A stretch of 56,162 nucleotides of DNA, from the NCBI GenBank assembly GCA_043812455.1, contig JBDRMB010000015.1, forward strand, positions 1 through 56,162, in the 5' to 3' direction. This document shows, one piece after another, positions 28,652 through 39,047 of the stretch. A program made the translations under genes and the position numbers. Numbering within the stretch: position 1 is the stretch's first letter; every line of letters starts with the position of its first letter. The stretch is from an archaeon (GTDB taxonomy: Archaea; Nanobdellota; Nanobdellia; Woesearchaeales; GW2011-AR9). The notes under the pieces are model-generated. The model had not been told where the DNA came from and did no database searches. It saw nothing but the letters and a program-made list of their open reading frames with translations.

Positions 28652-30118
28652 ATGAATATTGCAAAATCTTTTTCCCGATCAGTATTATCACTTATAATCA
28701 TTGGAATACTTGTTTCTTTGTTGAGCTCTTTAGCATTGGCAGATTCAGATATTACTTCACTAGTTATTGAAAACACAATATCTTTTGGTGAAAGTGCTGA
28801 ATTTAATTTAAGCATAACTAACAATGCCGGTGTCAGTCAAAGTTATACAATCTATTCCTTAACAAGCGGGCAAGGATGGTCAATTGATCCTTATCCATTA
28901 AGTGATAAAGTTGTTGAAAATGTTGCACCTGGAAAAACTTATACAACTTCTATTAGGGGTTGGCCGTTAGAAGATTTTGAACCTGGGATCTATTATCTTA
29001 ATGTACAAATTGACGGTGATTTAGGCGAATCTTATGAAATACCTTTGAAAGTTTACTTTTCATCCATGGATGAACCAAGTTATTTCCCCTCACTTGATGT
29101 CGAGATTGATATTGAAGATAAAATTGATCCTCAAGAAGTTCAGTCAGTATTGATTCATCTTGAAAATCGTAATCCCTTAAATCTGTCTGGTTTGGTAATC
29201 AAACTGCAAAGTGAAGCTGAAGGATTTAATGCCGAACGGGAAATTGATTTAGCTCCTTTAGAAAGTAAAACTTTAGAATTTACTATTGAAATGGATCCGT
29301 TCCAGCAACCTAAGGATTATTACTTGTTCGTAACTTTTGAAATGTATGGAGAAACAGTAAAGGTTGAAGATGTTAAATTTGAAGTGGTATCATTAGAAAC
29401 TCCTTTTACTTATGAATTGGAAGAAGAAACAATTTTCTTGAAAAAATTTCAGAGTATCGTCGTTGAAAATGACGGTAATTCAGAGAATACACAAAAGTTC
29501 AAATATCAAATTAACGGGTTCCAAGCATTATTTGTAAAATCTGAAGGGGACATTATCCGAGAAAATGGTAATACCTATTTAGCTTGGGATTTAGAATTAA
29601 AACCCGGTGAAGCTGCTATAGTTCAAGCAACTTACAATTATCGATTATTACTTTATTTAGCAATATTCTTTGTTGCCTTCTTGATTTTTTACTTCTTTGT
29701 ACGGTCACCAATCGTGATCCGTAAAGGCGTAATTACTACAGAAGGCAATGAAGGCGCATTAAATGAAATCAAGATTGCGTTAGAAATTAAGAATAAAAGC
29801 AAAAAACCAGTTAATGATTTGACTGTTACTGATACGATCCCGGGAATTGCTAACCTTGAGAAAAGTTTAGATTTAGGTACTTTGAAACCTCAACAAGTGT
29901 TAAACACTAAGCAAGGAACCAAAATTGTTTGGAATCTAGCAGAACTGGAAGCTAAAGAACATCGAATTATCACTTACAAAGTCCGAACCAAACTTAACGT
30001 CTTAGGTACTTTTAAGTTACCACGAGCAGTTGTTGAATTTAACAAGAAGCGCGGTAATGGTAAAAAGGCGTACTCTAACGTTTTCCGTCTTGATGCTGGA
30101 AAGGTAGAAGATAATTGA
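28652..30118 (+). CDS. Membrane-anchored Ig-like / S-layer-associated protein
   Basis: Signal peptide, beta-rich Ig-like repeats, internal TM helix, C-terminal DUF11-like segment (VTDTIP...WNL..LE..E.R.ITY). Confidence 0.7.
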   Translation: MNIAKSFSRSVLSLIIIGILVSLLSSLALADSDITSLVIENTISFGESAEFNLSITNNAGVSQSYTIYSLTSGQGWSIDPYPLSDKVVENVAPGKTYTTSIRGWPLEDFEPGIYYLNVQIDGDLGESYEIPLKVYFSSMDEPSYFPSLDVEIDIEDKIDPQEVQSVLIHLENRNPLNLSGLVIKLQSEAEGFNAEREIDLAPLESKTLEFTIEMDPFQQPKDYYLFVTFEMYGETVKVEDVKFEVVSLETPFTYELEEETIFLKKFQSIVVENDGNSENTQKFKYQINGFQALFVKSEGDIIRENGNTYLAWDLELKPGEAAIVQATYNYRLLLYLAIFFVAFLIFYFFVRSPIVIRKGVITTEGNEGALNEIKIALEIKNKSKKPVNDLTVTDTIPGIANLEKSLDLGTLKPQQVLNTKQGTKIVWNLAELEAKEHRIITYKVRTKLNVLGTFKLPRAVVEFNKKRGNGKKAYSNVFRLDAGKVEDN

Positions 30119-30284
30119 TTTTTAGCCTTGTTAAGTTTTTTTTAGAACTTAATTGTTGGGTAATAGCTAGAATGTAATAGTTTTTCCACAATAAAAACAT
30201 TTAAATATCCTTGAAGTTTTCAATTTTGAAGGATTTATAATAATAATAATCAACTAACACAGTCTTAGTGAGGGTAGGTGCAAA

Positions 30285-30680
30285 ATGAAAGACTTTTTTT
30301 TACAGTTAAAAGAAAAATTTTCCCGGCCATCTAGCAACGATGAAGAAATGCTGGAGGATGGTGAAAGTTATGTAGAGGTGGGAGTACATAAAGCTCCTAC
30401 TGAGGATCGAAGCAAAGTTATCGTCCGTCCGTACGTGATGGAAGACTTTGAAGACATAAAAACTGTCTTAGATGCTTTGCGAGAAGGTAACACTGTAGCT
30501 TTAATTAATATTAAACCTTTAAAGGATAAAGATTTAATTGAGCTTAAGAGAGCTGTTAACAAACTTCGTAAGACTTGTGAAGCCATTGATGGTGACATTG
30601 CAGGTTTTGGAGAAGATTACATTGTGGCAGTACCTTACTTTGCTAGAATCCATAGAGAGAAAAGTATTCTTGTTGAATAG
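30285..30680 (+). CDS. sepF: Cell division protein SepF
   Basis: LDALREGNTVALINIKPL, LKRAVNKL...IDGDIAG..EDYIVAVP. Confidence 0.92.
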   Translation: MKDFFLQLKEKFSRPSSNDEEMLEDGESYVEVGVHKAPTEDRSKVIVRPYVMEDFEDIKTVLDALREGNTVALINIKPLKDKDLIELKRAVNKLRKTCEAIDGDIAGFGEDYIVAVPYFARIHREKSILVE

Positions 30681-30923
30681 GTTTATTTTTTTCTAATTTT
30701 TTTTTTACTTTAGTTTTTGTTATGTTCTTGTGATATTTATACTCTTTTTACTATAGTGGGGGACAAAGATTTTTGTCACGAACTATTTAGAAAAAGGTAA
30801 AAATAAAATTCATTATTTTTTTCTTTTTCTATAGTTTAGAACTGGGAAACATTTAAATAGGTTAATTATCTTCTTAAGCGTAACTTAAATTTATTTAATT
30901 ATCATAAAAGAGGTGTGTTGGAA

Positions 30924-32294
30924 ATGAAAAAAGGATATATTCTGTTAATGTTTCTAATTTTAGGTGTAGTTATGTCACAAGCAGTAATGGCTGCGCCGTT
31001 AGAATTTTTAGGTAATGCTTTTGAAACTGTTGTTGGTTGGGGTTCTTTAGATTTCTTGGGCAGTAGTGATGGTCAAGTAATTGGATTTATTAGAATTTTA
31101 TTAGCGGTCTTGATTTTTACAATTTTTTATGCTTTGTCAGGCACGTTGGGTCAATATATTTCAAAAAATATTGGAATTACCATTTCAGTAATTCTTGCCT
31201 TGATATCTGCCATTGCAATTCCTAGCGGAGTTATAGCAGCAATACTTGTTACTTACGGTACTTTAATGTCGTTTGTAATATTGGCAGCAGTACTCGCACC
31301 AGCAATTTGGTTTATAATCTTTACTTCGACAGAAACAAGAGCAATGGCTGCTTTTAAGTTGGCATGTTTAGGATTTATTACTTGGATAATTGGTCAAATC
31401 AATCTTCATCTAAGTAATATTGGAGTTGGGGTTCCTAGTGCTGCCGGTGGTTCTTGGGGTAATTTTGGAACTTGGGTTGATACTTTAACAAATTATGCGT
31501 ACTTGGTTCTTGTTGCTTTAGGAATTTACTTGGGTTACAAACTGATTGTTGGACCTGGTGGTCAGGAAGCTAAAGAGTGGGGACTTAAACAAGGTGGTAA
31601 GATTAAAGAGTGGGCTGGTAAGAAGTTAAAAAGTGAGTATAAGAGAACTAGAACTCGAACTTTGAACCAATTTGTTAGAGATGAAGCTGAGATGAAAGCT
31701 CTTGACAAAATACCAACTTCAGTTGATAATGCAATAATTTTGGTCAATAATACTATTGATGCTGGAGAAATTCAAAAGAATCATTGGGTTAGTGCTATGA
31801 CACCACATATGGATGCTGTGGCTGATGACTTTGATGATGCTTACAAACTGTTCAGGCAAGTTCAGAGAAGGACATACCGACAGCAAAGGGAAGCTAAACG
31901 ATTGATCAGTGAATTACAGAAAGAAAAAGCAATCGATGCTGCGGAAGTTAGAAGGTTGGAAGCTTTAGAAGCTAACATTCTGAAAAAACATGAAGAATCT
32001 TTAGATCATTTGAAGCATGGTATTGATAATGATCTTAAAGATGCTAATGTTGCGTTTACTAAGATTGATGGAAGAATGAAAACTAGAACTAGTCCTCTTA
32101 AGAATCTTGGTGCAGAACATGTACCAAAAACAACAAGTCCTGATATTGCACAAGCGCAATTGGAAGAAATGAGGGATAAGTTGGGAAGTTTGATACATAA
32201 AACCAATGGAGACGTTTCTAAAGCGATTAAAGCGGAAGATGAAGCAATTAAATTATTGAAAGGCTTCATGGCTGAAATAGAAAAGCTTTGGTAA
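30924..32294 (+). CDS. Multi-pass membrane protein with long C-terminal coiled coil
   Basis: Signal/TM helices followed by about 240 aa of charged helical sequence; SD GAGGTG. Confidence 0.75.
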   Translation: MKKGYILLMFLILGVVMSQAVMAAPLEFLGNAFETVVGWGSLDFLGSSDGQVIGFIRILLAVLIFTIFYALSGTLGQYISKNIGITISVILALISAIAIPSGVIAAILVTYGTLMSFVILAAVLAPAIWFIIFTSTETRAMAAFKLACLGFITWIIGQINLHLSNIGVGVPSAAGGSWGNFGTWVDTLTNYAYLVLVALGIYLGYKLIVGPGGQEAKEWGLKQGGKIKEWAGKKLKSEYKRTRTRTLNQFVRDEAEMKALDKIPTSVDNAIILVNNTIDAGEIQKNHWVSAMTPHMDAVADDFDDAYKLFRQVQRRTYRQQREAKRLISELQKEKAIDAAEVRRLEALEANILKKHEESLDHLKHGIDNDLKDANVAFTKIDGRMKTRTSPLKNLGAEHVPKTTSPDIAQAQLEEMRDKLGSLIHKTNGDVSKAIKAEDEAIKLLKGFMAEIEKLW

Positions 32295-32355
32295 ATTTTT
32301 TCTTTTACTTTTTTTTCTCTTTTTCTTTTAAATTTTTGATTTGATATTTTTCTTC

Positions 32356-32476
32356 AGGTTAGCATCGACTCGCTCTTTCAAAGTTATTTTTGAGTACGGC
32401 GCCTCCCCGTAAGGGGCGTCACCCTCCGTAATCTTTCTAGAAATATGACGTACCGCTCGTGAATTGATGCTAACCT
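32356..32476. repeat. GC-rich intergenic hairpin or MITE-like element
   Basis: Perfect 11-bp terminal IR AGGTTAGCATC/GATGCTAACCT; inner TACGG/CCGTA and CCCC-GTAA-GGGG stems. Confidence 0.65.
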
Positions 32477-32528
32477 TTGAATTGGCATTGCCAAAAACCT
32501 TATAAACAAAAAAGTTATTCTTAGCTGT

Positions 32529-33092
32529 ATGAAAAGAAGTAGATGGGTGTTAAGCTTAGTTCTATTCAGTTTACTTAGTTTAGTTAGTATACCATCAGTT
32601 CTGGCAGCACCATCTATCGGAAGTATCTGGGACACGATCTTAAGAGCAGGAGCATTAGAATTCTTAGGAGTATCTAGCGGTTATATGGTCGGTGCATTTA
32701 TCAGAATTTTAGTTTGGATATTAATTTTTACAGTCTTCTTTGCAGTCTTATCAGCAATGGGCGGAGATGGTAAAGGCGGAGGCTGGGGTTTCAAATGGTT
32801 AAAGAAAAACCAAGCAATTGTAGTTGCAGCAGTCTTAGCAACTATTTCGGCTGTTGCAATGCCAGTAAACGTCTTGTTAGCAATCAGTGCTGGTTGGGCA
32901 ACTGCAGTATCTTTAATTTTGTTAGGTCTTCCAGTAGTAGGTATTGGTTATTTCTTGATGAAATGGCCAGGTAAAGATGAAAAGGGAAATAATTTAGAAG
33001 ACCGAGGAACATTATTCATGAAAGTTGTTATTTGTGCATTATTGTTGTGGATCTTAGGTGCAATGCAATATCATATTGGGGTGATTGTCTAA
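32529..33092 (+). CDS. Membrane protein, paralog of the N-terminal half of 30924-32294
   Basis: GALEFLG...FIRILVWILIFTVFFAVL versus GSLDFLG...FIRILLAVLIFTIFYAL. Confidence 0.8.
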   Translation: MKRSRWVLSLVLFSLLSLVSIPSVLAAPSIGSIWDTILRAGALEFLGVSSGYMVGAFIRILVWILIFTVFFAVLSAMGGDGKGGGWGFKWLKKNQAIVVAAVLATISAVAMPVNVLLAISAGWATAVSLILLGLPVVGIGYFLMKWPGKDEKGNNLEDRGTLFMKVVICALLLWILGAMQYHIGVIV

Positions 33093-33093
33093 A

Positions 33094-33789
33094 ATGGCAG
33101 ATCCAACAGCTCCAGTTTACATTGCAGCAGCTCAGTTTATTGGATATGCTATGTTATTAGTTGGTATTTTACTTGCTTATTACTTAATCAGGTTTATTGC
33201 AACTTTCCTTGCTGAAGATAATGACAATTGGGCAGAGAAAGGTCAGAACATCAGAAAATTTGTTGAAAGTGAGATGGATGAGTCAAAAATCAGTGATACG
33301 ATTGGCAATGAACGAAAAGTATTAGATACTGCGTTAAGTTTTGTTTTACAAGCAGAACAAGCAGCTGACCAATTACATGATGATGAATTGAAAGAGAAAA
33401 CTAAAAGTGCCATTATTGATGCTGAAAGTGTAATACACAAAATTGAAAGTAATTTGAATAAAGCTAAACGTGCTTTACATGCATTTAAGTTACATGCTCG
33501 GCGTGAAGATCATACCTTTGCCAGAGATTTATATCGTCTTTGTGTCCATGATATTGAAGCGTTTGAAAAAGTTATTAAAGGTAATAAATTGGATGTTGCT
33601 GATCCAGACTGGGCGAGAAAAGTAGGATTGATTAAAACAGGTACTAACACACTTATTATTAATTGTGGTACATTGCATACTAAGATTCAAGATTACATTA
33701 ACAAAAGAGCTGATGACATCCGCAAAGCTGTTGAAGAAACTAGAAAGAGAAAATCTGCGGCGGCAACTGCAGGATCTAGAACTCCTTAA
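33094..33789 (+). CDS. Single-TM coiled-coil protein, likely counterpart of the C-terminal half of 30924-32294
   Basis: YAMLLVGILLAYYLIRFI versus YAYLVLVALGIYLGYKLI; own SD GGGGTGA inside the upstream gene. Confidence 0.7.
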   Translation: MADPTAPVYIAAAQFIGYAMLLVGILLAYYLIRFIATFLAEDNDNWAEKGQNIRKFVESEMDESKISDTIGNERKVLDTALSFVLQAEQAADQLHDDELKEKTKSAIIDAESVIHKIESNLNKAKRALHAFKLHARREDHTFARDLYRLCVHDIEAFEKVIKGNKLDVADPDWARKVGLIKTGTNTLIINCGTLHTKIQDYINKRADDIRKAVEETRKRKSAAATAGSRTP

Positions 33790-33859
33790 ATTAATTGATA
33801 AAATATTTAACTAACTGCTAAAATTTGTTTAAAAAATTCTAAGAAATTAATGGTTAAAA

Positions 33860-34114
33860 TTATTCAACCTTAATTTTTTGACCCAAAGATTGACCAGGAA
33901 GACCTTTCTCTGCAAAGATTGCTCTGACGTTACCATTTTTACCGTGCAAAGCAGAAATCTTACCTTTAATCTCTTTTCCAGCAGGTGATTTCCAAGTAAC
34001 GGTTTTACCGATAACTTTTTCTGCTTCTTCAGCAGTGTCAGCTACTTTTAGGATCATCTGATGAGGATTAACATGATGTCGTCCTTGTCTAAAATGCATT
34101 ACTGTTGCTTCCAT
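33860..34114 (-). CDS. rpl35ae: 50S ribosomal protein L35Ae
   Basis: FRQGRH, IGKTVTWKSP, GKISALHGKNGNVRAIF, GLPGQSLG; ATG 34114. Confidence 0.93.
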   Translation of the reverse strand: MEATVMHFRQGRHHVNPHQMILKVADTAEEAEKVIGKTVTWKSPAGKEIKGKISALHGKNGNVRAIFAEKGLPGQSLGQKIKVE

Positions 34115-34163
34115 GTTTAAGCTTAATTTTAGCTCTGGTTTATAAATGTTTTTGTTCCTAAGA

Positions 34164-34241
34164 GCAAGAGTACTGGCGCCAATGGAGGCGCACGAGTGAA
34201 CATAGTGAGCTCGTAATCGCGCCGTGCTCCAGTACTCTTGC
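34164..34241 (-). repeat. Copy 2 of the conserved structured non-coding motif
   Basis: Minus strand GCAAGAGTACTGGAGCACGGCGCGATTACGAG...CTCGTGCGCCTCCATTGGCGCCAGTACTCTTGC with a 13-bp outer stem. Confidence 0.8.
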
Positions 34242-34304
34242 GTTATGAAAAGTTGTGGAGTAGTACAATAATAGTTAAAAACAAACAAATTAACAATTTC
34301 TGCT

Positions 34305-37300
34305 ATGATTAAAGGTCAAGTGGTTTCTGGAGATTTCGGTAAGATTGCTATGCGTGTCAAGCAAGACCAAAATGTTGAATTGGGAGAATTGTTAGTTATT
34401 CAAAACAATCAAAGTGGACCGAATGAACTTTTTATTCTGCAAGTTTATGATCTTGTCTACGCTTCTCAAATTAGTCAGCAGAACCTTGAACTAGTCTCTG
34501 GGATGAACTTGGAAGAAGATTCTAATTTTCAGTTGATGGACAGAAATCTAAGAAACTATCAAATAGCATTACTCAAACCAGTACTTAACGTAACGCAGAA
34601 AGAAGGTCAGAACCAAACAAAACAAGTGAGTAACACTTGTAAAAAATTGCCTAATTTCTTTTCAACCGTTCGGGCTGTACACAAAGAAGATTTACAGTTT
34701 ATCACCAGACCAAAAAATCCTTTTTATCTCGGAAAATTGAGGAGTGGCAGCCAGGAACTTGACTTAGAGATCTTTTTGTCAGGCAAAGAAGTATTCTCAC
34801 ATCATGTTTTAATCCCAGCATCTACAGGAAAAGGTAAGAGTTTGGATGAAAATGAAGAAGTGCTGATTAAACAAAATGATAATTTTTCAATTAAAACCAT
34901 TGGGGAAATTGTTAATAACCATAATTTTTCGGATCCAGAAATGTGGGCCATGAGTATGAATCCAAAAAATTATTCCATTTGTTTTAAAAAAGTAACTAAT
35001 TTTGTTAAACATAAAGCCCCCTCTTTCATGTACTTAGTGACTACTGAAAGTGGTCGTGAGATTATGGTAACTAAAGATCATAATTTATACGTTTTAAGAA
35101 ATGGCCATCTAATGCTTTTGAAGACTCAAGATCTCTCAAATAATGACCATTTACCTTTACCTTTAAAGATTGATACAAATGGAGATTTAAAAGAATTAAA
35201 TTTATTTGAACTGTTAGAAAGACAGAAAAAAATTTATGTATTATATGATAAAAAAATTGTAAAGAAGCTTAAGTCTAAAAAGGAATGCATAAAGATTTTG
35301 TCAAAATATTTTAATCAACCATTACAAAAATACAATGATTTTGTAACCAAAAAAAATAAAATTAAAATTACTCTTATCAGAGAATTATTAGATAATGAAT
35401 TATCTTATGAAGAATTAAGAACTATTAAATTAACAGATCAACATTTTAGTTTTAAATTAAATGCGATTTTGCCATTAACAAAAGAATTTTTGCAATTAAT
35501 AGGATATTATATTGCAGAAGGTTACTGTTCAGATGAGAATAGCTTCAAAATAAGCTGTTCGGAAAAACCTGGACAAGAATTGTTAAATAACATATTTAAA
35601 AAACTTGGCTTAAAATATTTCTGGATTAAGAAAAAAGAGAAAAATATGGATGTTGGTGTTTCTTCTTCCATATTCACAAAGATATTAAAAGAGATCGGAG
35701 TCGGAAGGGTGTCTGGAGATAAAAGATTACCATTTTTTTTCATGAATCTGTCAAATGAAAATTTAGGAATTCTTCTTAAAACTTACTTTGAAGGAGATGG
35801 TGGAGTCAATAAGGAAATAATTATGAAAAAAAGAAATTTTAATATTTCAACAACCACAAAATCAAAGAAACTTGCAAGCGATATATGTTTTGCTTTATAC
35901 AGATATGGGATCTTCAGTAGATGTAAAAAACTTTGGAAAAGAGCCACTAATACAAATCACAAAGGCAATTGGTACTATTGTATTAAAATCTCTGGGAAAT
36001 CAGATATAGTAACATTTTTGTCTGAAATCGGCTTTCAATTTTCAAGGAAAAATGATGTTTTGAAAGATAAGTTAGATTATAAAGAAAATACGAATGTAGA
36101 TTTAATTCCGTGTGGTTCCGAAATTGTGAAAAAAATTAGATTATCTCTAAGATTAAGTCAAGGAGATTTAGCTAAATTGTCTAATTGTTCAAAAAGTATT
36201 ATTTCTTTAATAGAATTAGGAAAAAGAAAACCTAGTAGATATATGACTGCGATATTGGTTAAGGTATTTAGAAAGCAATTATTAAAATTAGATCAATCTT
36301 TGTTTGATAAATTAATTGTTTTTTCATATTCTCCAAGTTCCGAAAAGATAGTTGAGTTAATTAATAAAGCAAGAAAAAAACAAAAATTAACACTTTTTGA
36401 ACTTGGAAAAAAATCTGGTCTTTATAAAAACGCCTCAAAACATTACATTGAAAATGATCTAAGTAGAATCTTAGAAACAAAAAAAGTAAAAAACTCTCCA
36501 AAAATTTATGCCTTGGGACAATTTCTATCAATCAATTCAAAAGGAAAGAATTTGTCTAAATTTGTATCTCTTTTTGAGTTTAATTTTAATGGTTGGAGTG
36601 AAGTTGTTAGAAGTGCTCTTTTTATGTTAAATTTTCCTAATCAAGCTATGCAAAAGGAGAAACAAAATTTGGGTTATTATGCTAGAGAATTAAAGAAAGG
36701 TAAACAGATCCAACTTAAAAGCCTTAGAAAACTTGCAAAATTGTCATCAGAATATTATTTAAAAATAATAGAGGTTGAACTCCTAGTTTCTATTTTAGAA
36801 AATCAACTAAATTTTAGATGGGATAAAATAAAAGAAGTGAAGAAAATAAAGTATGATAAAAAATATGTTTATGATCTAACTATAAAAGATAATAAAACAT
36901 TTCTTGCCGGTCATGGAGGATTATTTGTCCATAATAGCAATTTAATGAGCACTATTCTGTGGGATTGTCATCCGCAAGATTTTGTAGGAATGCTTGTCCT
37001 CGATCCGCACGATGAATATTATGGTAGGGTTGGTCTAGGATTAAAAGATCATCCCTGTAAAGAAGATTTAGTGTATTACACACCAAGTACTCCACCGCCA
37101 GGTACAAAGACGTTAAAAATTAATCTTAGATCTCTGAAGCCTGAACATTTTCAAGGTGCAATTGCATTAACTGATCCTCAGCAGCAATGCTTGCATGCTT
37201 ATCATCGAATGTTTCAGCAACATTGGATAAAGGCAATCTTAGAAGAACGGAAGATTGAAGGAGTAAGTTTCCATCCAGATACTGTTGCTGTTGTGAAACG

Positions 37301-37982
37301 GAAATTAATTTCTTTATTACAGATAGAGTTAAGTAACGGACAGATGATCTGTCAGGGTATCTTTGATGAAGTTGCTGGAGAAAATACTGTCAGAGAAATC
37401 TGTAAAGAGCTTGAGCAAAGCAAAACAGTAATCATTGACACCAGTTACTTTTCTGGAGCGTTAGAGATTATGATTGGCAGCATTATCGCTAGTGAAGCTT
37501 TGAAATTGTACAAATACTATAAGCGACAAGGTCTTTTAGAACAGAAGCCAGTAATTAGCATTGTTTTAGAAGAAGCTCCTCGTGTGTTAGGCAAAAAAGT
37601 TTTGGAGCAAGGTACTAACATTTTCGATACTATTGCTCGTGAAGGCCGAAAATTTAAAGTTGGTTTAGTGGCAATTACACAATTGCCGAGCGAAATTCCT
37701 AAAAATATTTTAGCTAACATGAATACTAAAATTATTCTGGGGATAGAGATGGGTTCTGAACGGCAGGCAGTGATAGAATCTTCTGCTCAGGATTTAAGTC
37801 AAGATTCACGTAACATTGCTAGTTTGGACAAAGGTGAAGCTTTGATAACAAGTACATTTACTAGATTTGCAGTACCAATCAAGATCCCTTACTTTCCAGA
37901 GTTTGTTAAAGGTCAGAATGCAAAAAGAATTGCAGAAACAAATTCAGGAGTAGAAAACAGTTTTCCGGGTGTTGGAATATAG
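34305..37982 (+). CDS. herA: HerA-like ATPase (HAS barrel + FtsK/HerA ATPase) containing an intein
   Basis: [13 protein letters not shown]|[30 protein letters not shown]; spliced product about 526 aa. Confidence 0.88.
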   Translation: MIKGQVVSGDFGKIAMRVKQDQNVELGELLVIQNNQSGPNELFILQVYDLVYASQISQQNLELVSGMNLEEDSNFQLMDRNLRNYQIALLKPVLNVTQKEGQNQTKQVSNTCKKLPNFFSTVRAVHKEDLQFITRPKNPFYLGKLRSGSQELDLEIFLSGKEVFSHHVLIPASTGKGKSLDENEEVLIKQNDNFSIKTIGEIVNNHNFSDPEMWAMSMNPKNYSICFKKVTNFVKHKAPSFMYLVTTESGREIMVTKDHNLYVLRNGHLMLLKTQDLSNNDHLPLPLKIDTNGDLKELNLFELLERQKKIYVLYDKKIVKKLKSKKECIKILSKYFNQPLQKYNDFVTKKNKIKITLIRELLDNELSYEELRTIKLTDQHFSFKLNAILPLTKEFLQLIGYYIAEGYCSDENSFKISCSEKPGQELLNNIFKKLGLKYFWIKKKEKNMDVGVSSSIFTKILKEIGVGRVSGDKRLPFFFMNLSNENLGILLKTYFEGDGGVNKEIIMKKRNFNISTTTKSKKLASDICFALYRYGIFSRCKKLWKRATNTNHKGNWYYCIKISGKSDIVTFLSEIGFQFSRKNDVLKDKLDYKENTNVDLIPCGSEIVKKIRLSLRLSQGDLAKLSNCSKSIISLIELGKRKPSRYMTAILVKVFRKQLLKLDQSLFDKLIVFSYSPSSEKIVELINKARKKQKLTLFELGKKSGLYKNASKHYIENDLSRILETKKVKNSPKIYALGQFLSINSKGKNLSKFVSLFEFNFNGWSEVVRSALFMLNFPNQAMQKEKQNLGYYARELKKGKQIQLKSLRKLAKLSSEYYLKIIEVELLVSILENQLNFRWDKIKEVKKIKYDKKYVYDLTIKDNKTFLAGHGGLFVHNSNLMSTILWDCHPQDFVGMLVLDPHDEYYGRVGLGLKDHPCKEDLVYYTPSTPPPGTKTLKINLRSLKPEHFQGAIALTDPQQQCLHAYHRMFQQHWIKAILEERKIEGVSFHPDTVAVVKRKLISLLQIELSNGQMICQGIFDEVAGENTVREICKELEQSKTVIIDTSYFSGALEIMIGSIIASEALKLYKYYKRQGLLEQKPVISIVLEEAPRVLGKKVLEQGTNIFDTIAREGRKFKVGLVAITQLPSEIPKNILANMNTKIILGIEMGSERQAVIESSAQDLSQDSRNIASLDKGEALITSTFTRFAVPIKIPYFPEFVKGQNAKRIAETNSGVENSFPGVGI
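34839..36935 (+). mobile_element. Intein (699 aa) with LAGLIDADG homing endonuclease and inserted HTH-XRE segments
   Basis: Starts SLDENEEV; block B TKDH; LIGYYIAEG and [10 protein letters not shown]; block F VYDLTI; ends VHN followed by Ser. Confidence 0.93.
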
Positions 37983-38119
37983 AAATTATATTTTATTTCT
38001 TTTTAAAGCTTTAAATAACTCCTCTTCTGATACCCATAGTCCTTTATCATTAGTTATTTTTATTAGTTTTTTAATTAGCATTAATTTTTCTTTTGAAATA
38101 AGTATTTCATTTGCTATTT

Positions 38120-38587
38120 TTAATAAGTTTGAACTTGCGATCTGCGATTATAATTGACCATTTGTTGGACATAATTCTGTAGATCTACTTTCTTAGGAAT
38201 TCCTTCAACACTAAACTTTTTGCTTAACTTTAAAGTGTAAGTTCCAAACATTCTGTCCCATAAACATCGTTTAACTTGAATATTTTCAATATCGGCATAA
38301 TTGATATTACTTTTACCATTAGTAATTGTGGTTTGGTAAAATTGGTATGAAGTTTTAGCTTTCTTTAAGTTAAGAAGAATGCCTACTAAGACAATCAGGA
38401 TAACAACAAAGATTGATGAACTTTTCACGATAGTTTCTGTTTCAGCGTCGAGCGCTAGAAGACCAACGTTAAGCAGAATTCCCATGTAGAAGACAACTCC
38501 TAAGATAATTAAAGTTAGAGCGTTAGGAACAAGAATTCTTGACTTCTTGCTAGCTACTGAGTACAGTACTCTTTGTTGTGGTTCCAT
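38120..38587 (-). CDS. Two-TM membrane protein with PH-like C-terminal domain
   Basis: Two TM helices then INYADIENIQVKRCLWDRMFGT. Confidence 0.65.
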   Translation of the reverse strand: MEPQQRVLYSVASKKSRILVPNALTLIILGVVFYMGILLNVGLLALDAETETIVKSSSIFVVILIVLVGILLNLKKAKTSYQFYQTTITNGKSNINYADIENIQVKRCLWDRMFGTYTLKLSKKFSVEGIPKKVDLQNYVQQMVNYNRRSQVQTY

Positions 38588-38688
38588 ATGCTTTATTTAG
38601 TATTTTTTTCTAGTTTATATTGTTTTTGGGGTTTTTGGCTTCATAAATTACCGTTAATCTTTTATATTGTTTCTTAATTTGAGATATT

Positions 38689-38970
38689 ATGATTACCCTA
38701 CCTCGTGATGATTTAAAAAAGCAGAAATATCTAGAGCAAATAGCTGTAAAATTTGAAAAAAATAAGAAATATACTGAACAAGAAGTTAATGATATTATTA
38801 AATCTGTAACTTCAGATGATCATGTTTTATTTAGGAGAGAATTAATCAACTTTAATTATTTAGGCAGGGATCCTTACAAAGGAATTTATTGGCTCAAGAA
38901 AAACAAACTCTCTGAAGAAGAACTTGAAAAAATTGGATACAGGCAGAAGAAAATAAGTCAAATGGAATAA
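38689..38970 (+). CDS. DUF2087 family protein
   Basis: FE..KKYTEQEVN.II...DHVLFRRELI....L.RD...YW. Confidence 0.8.
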   Translation: MITLPRDDLKKQKYLEQIAVKFEKNKKYTEQEVNDIIKSVTSDDHVLFRRELINFNYLGRDPYKGIYWLKKNKLSEEELEKIGYRQKKISQME

Positions 38971-39047
38971 TTTTCAAATTTTCTCTACTTTGTTTTTTGC
39001 CAAATTTCCACAAATTCTCATTTTAGGTGGGTTTTTAATCTTTGAAT

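Noticed and set aside
32384-32635. 83-aa minus-strand ORF
   Set aside because: It overlaps a hairpin element, a promoter and a real gene; no motif.
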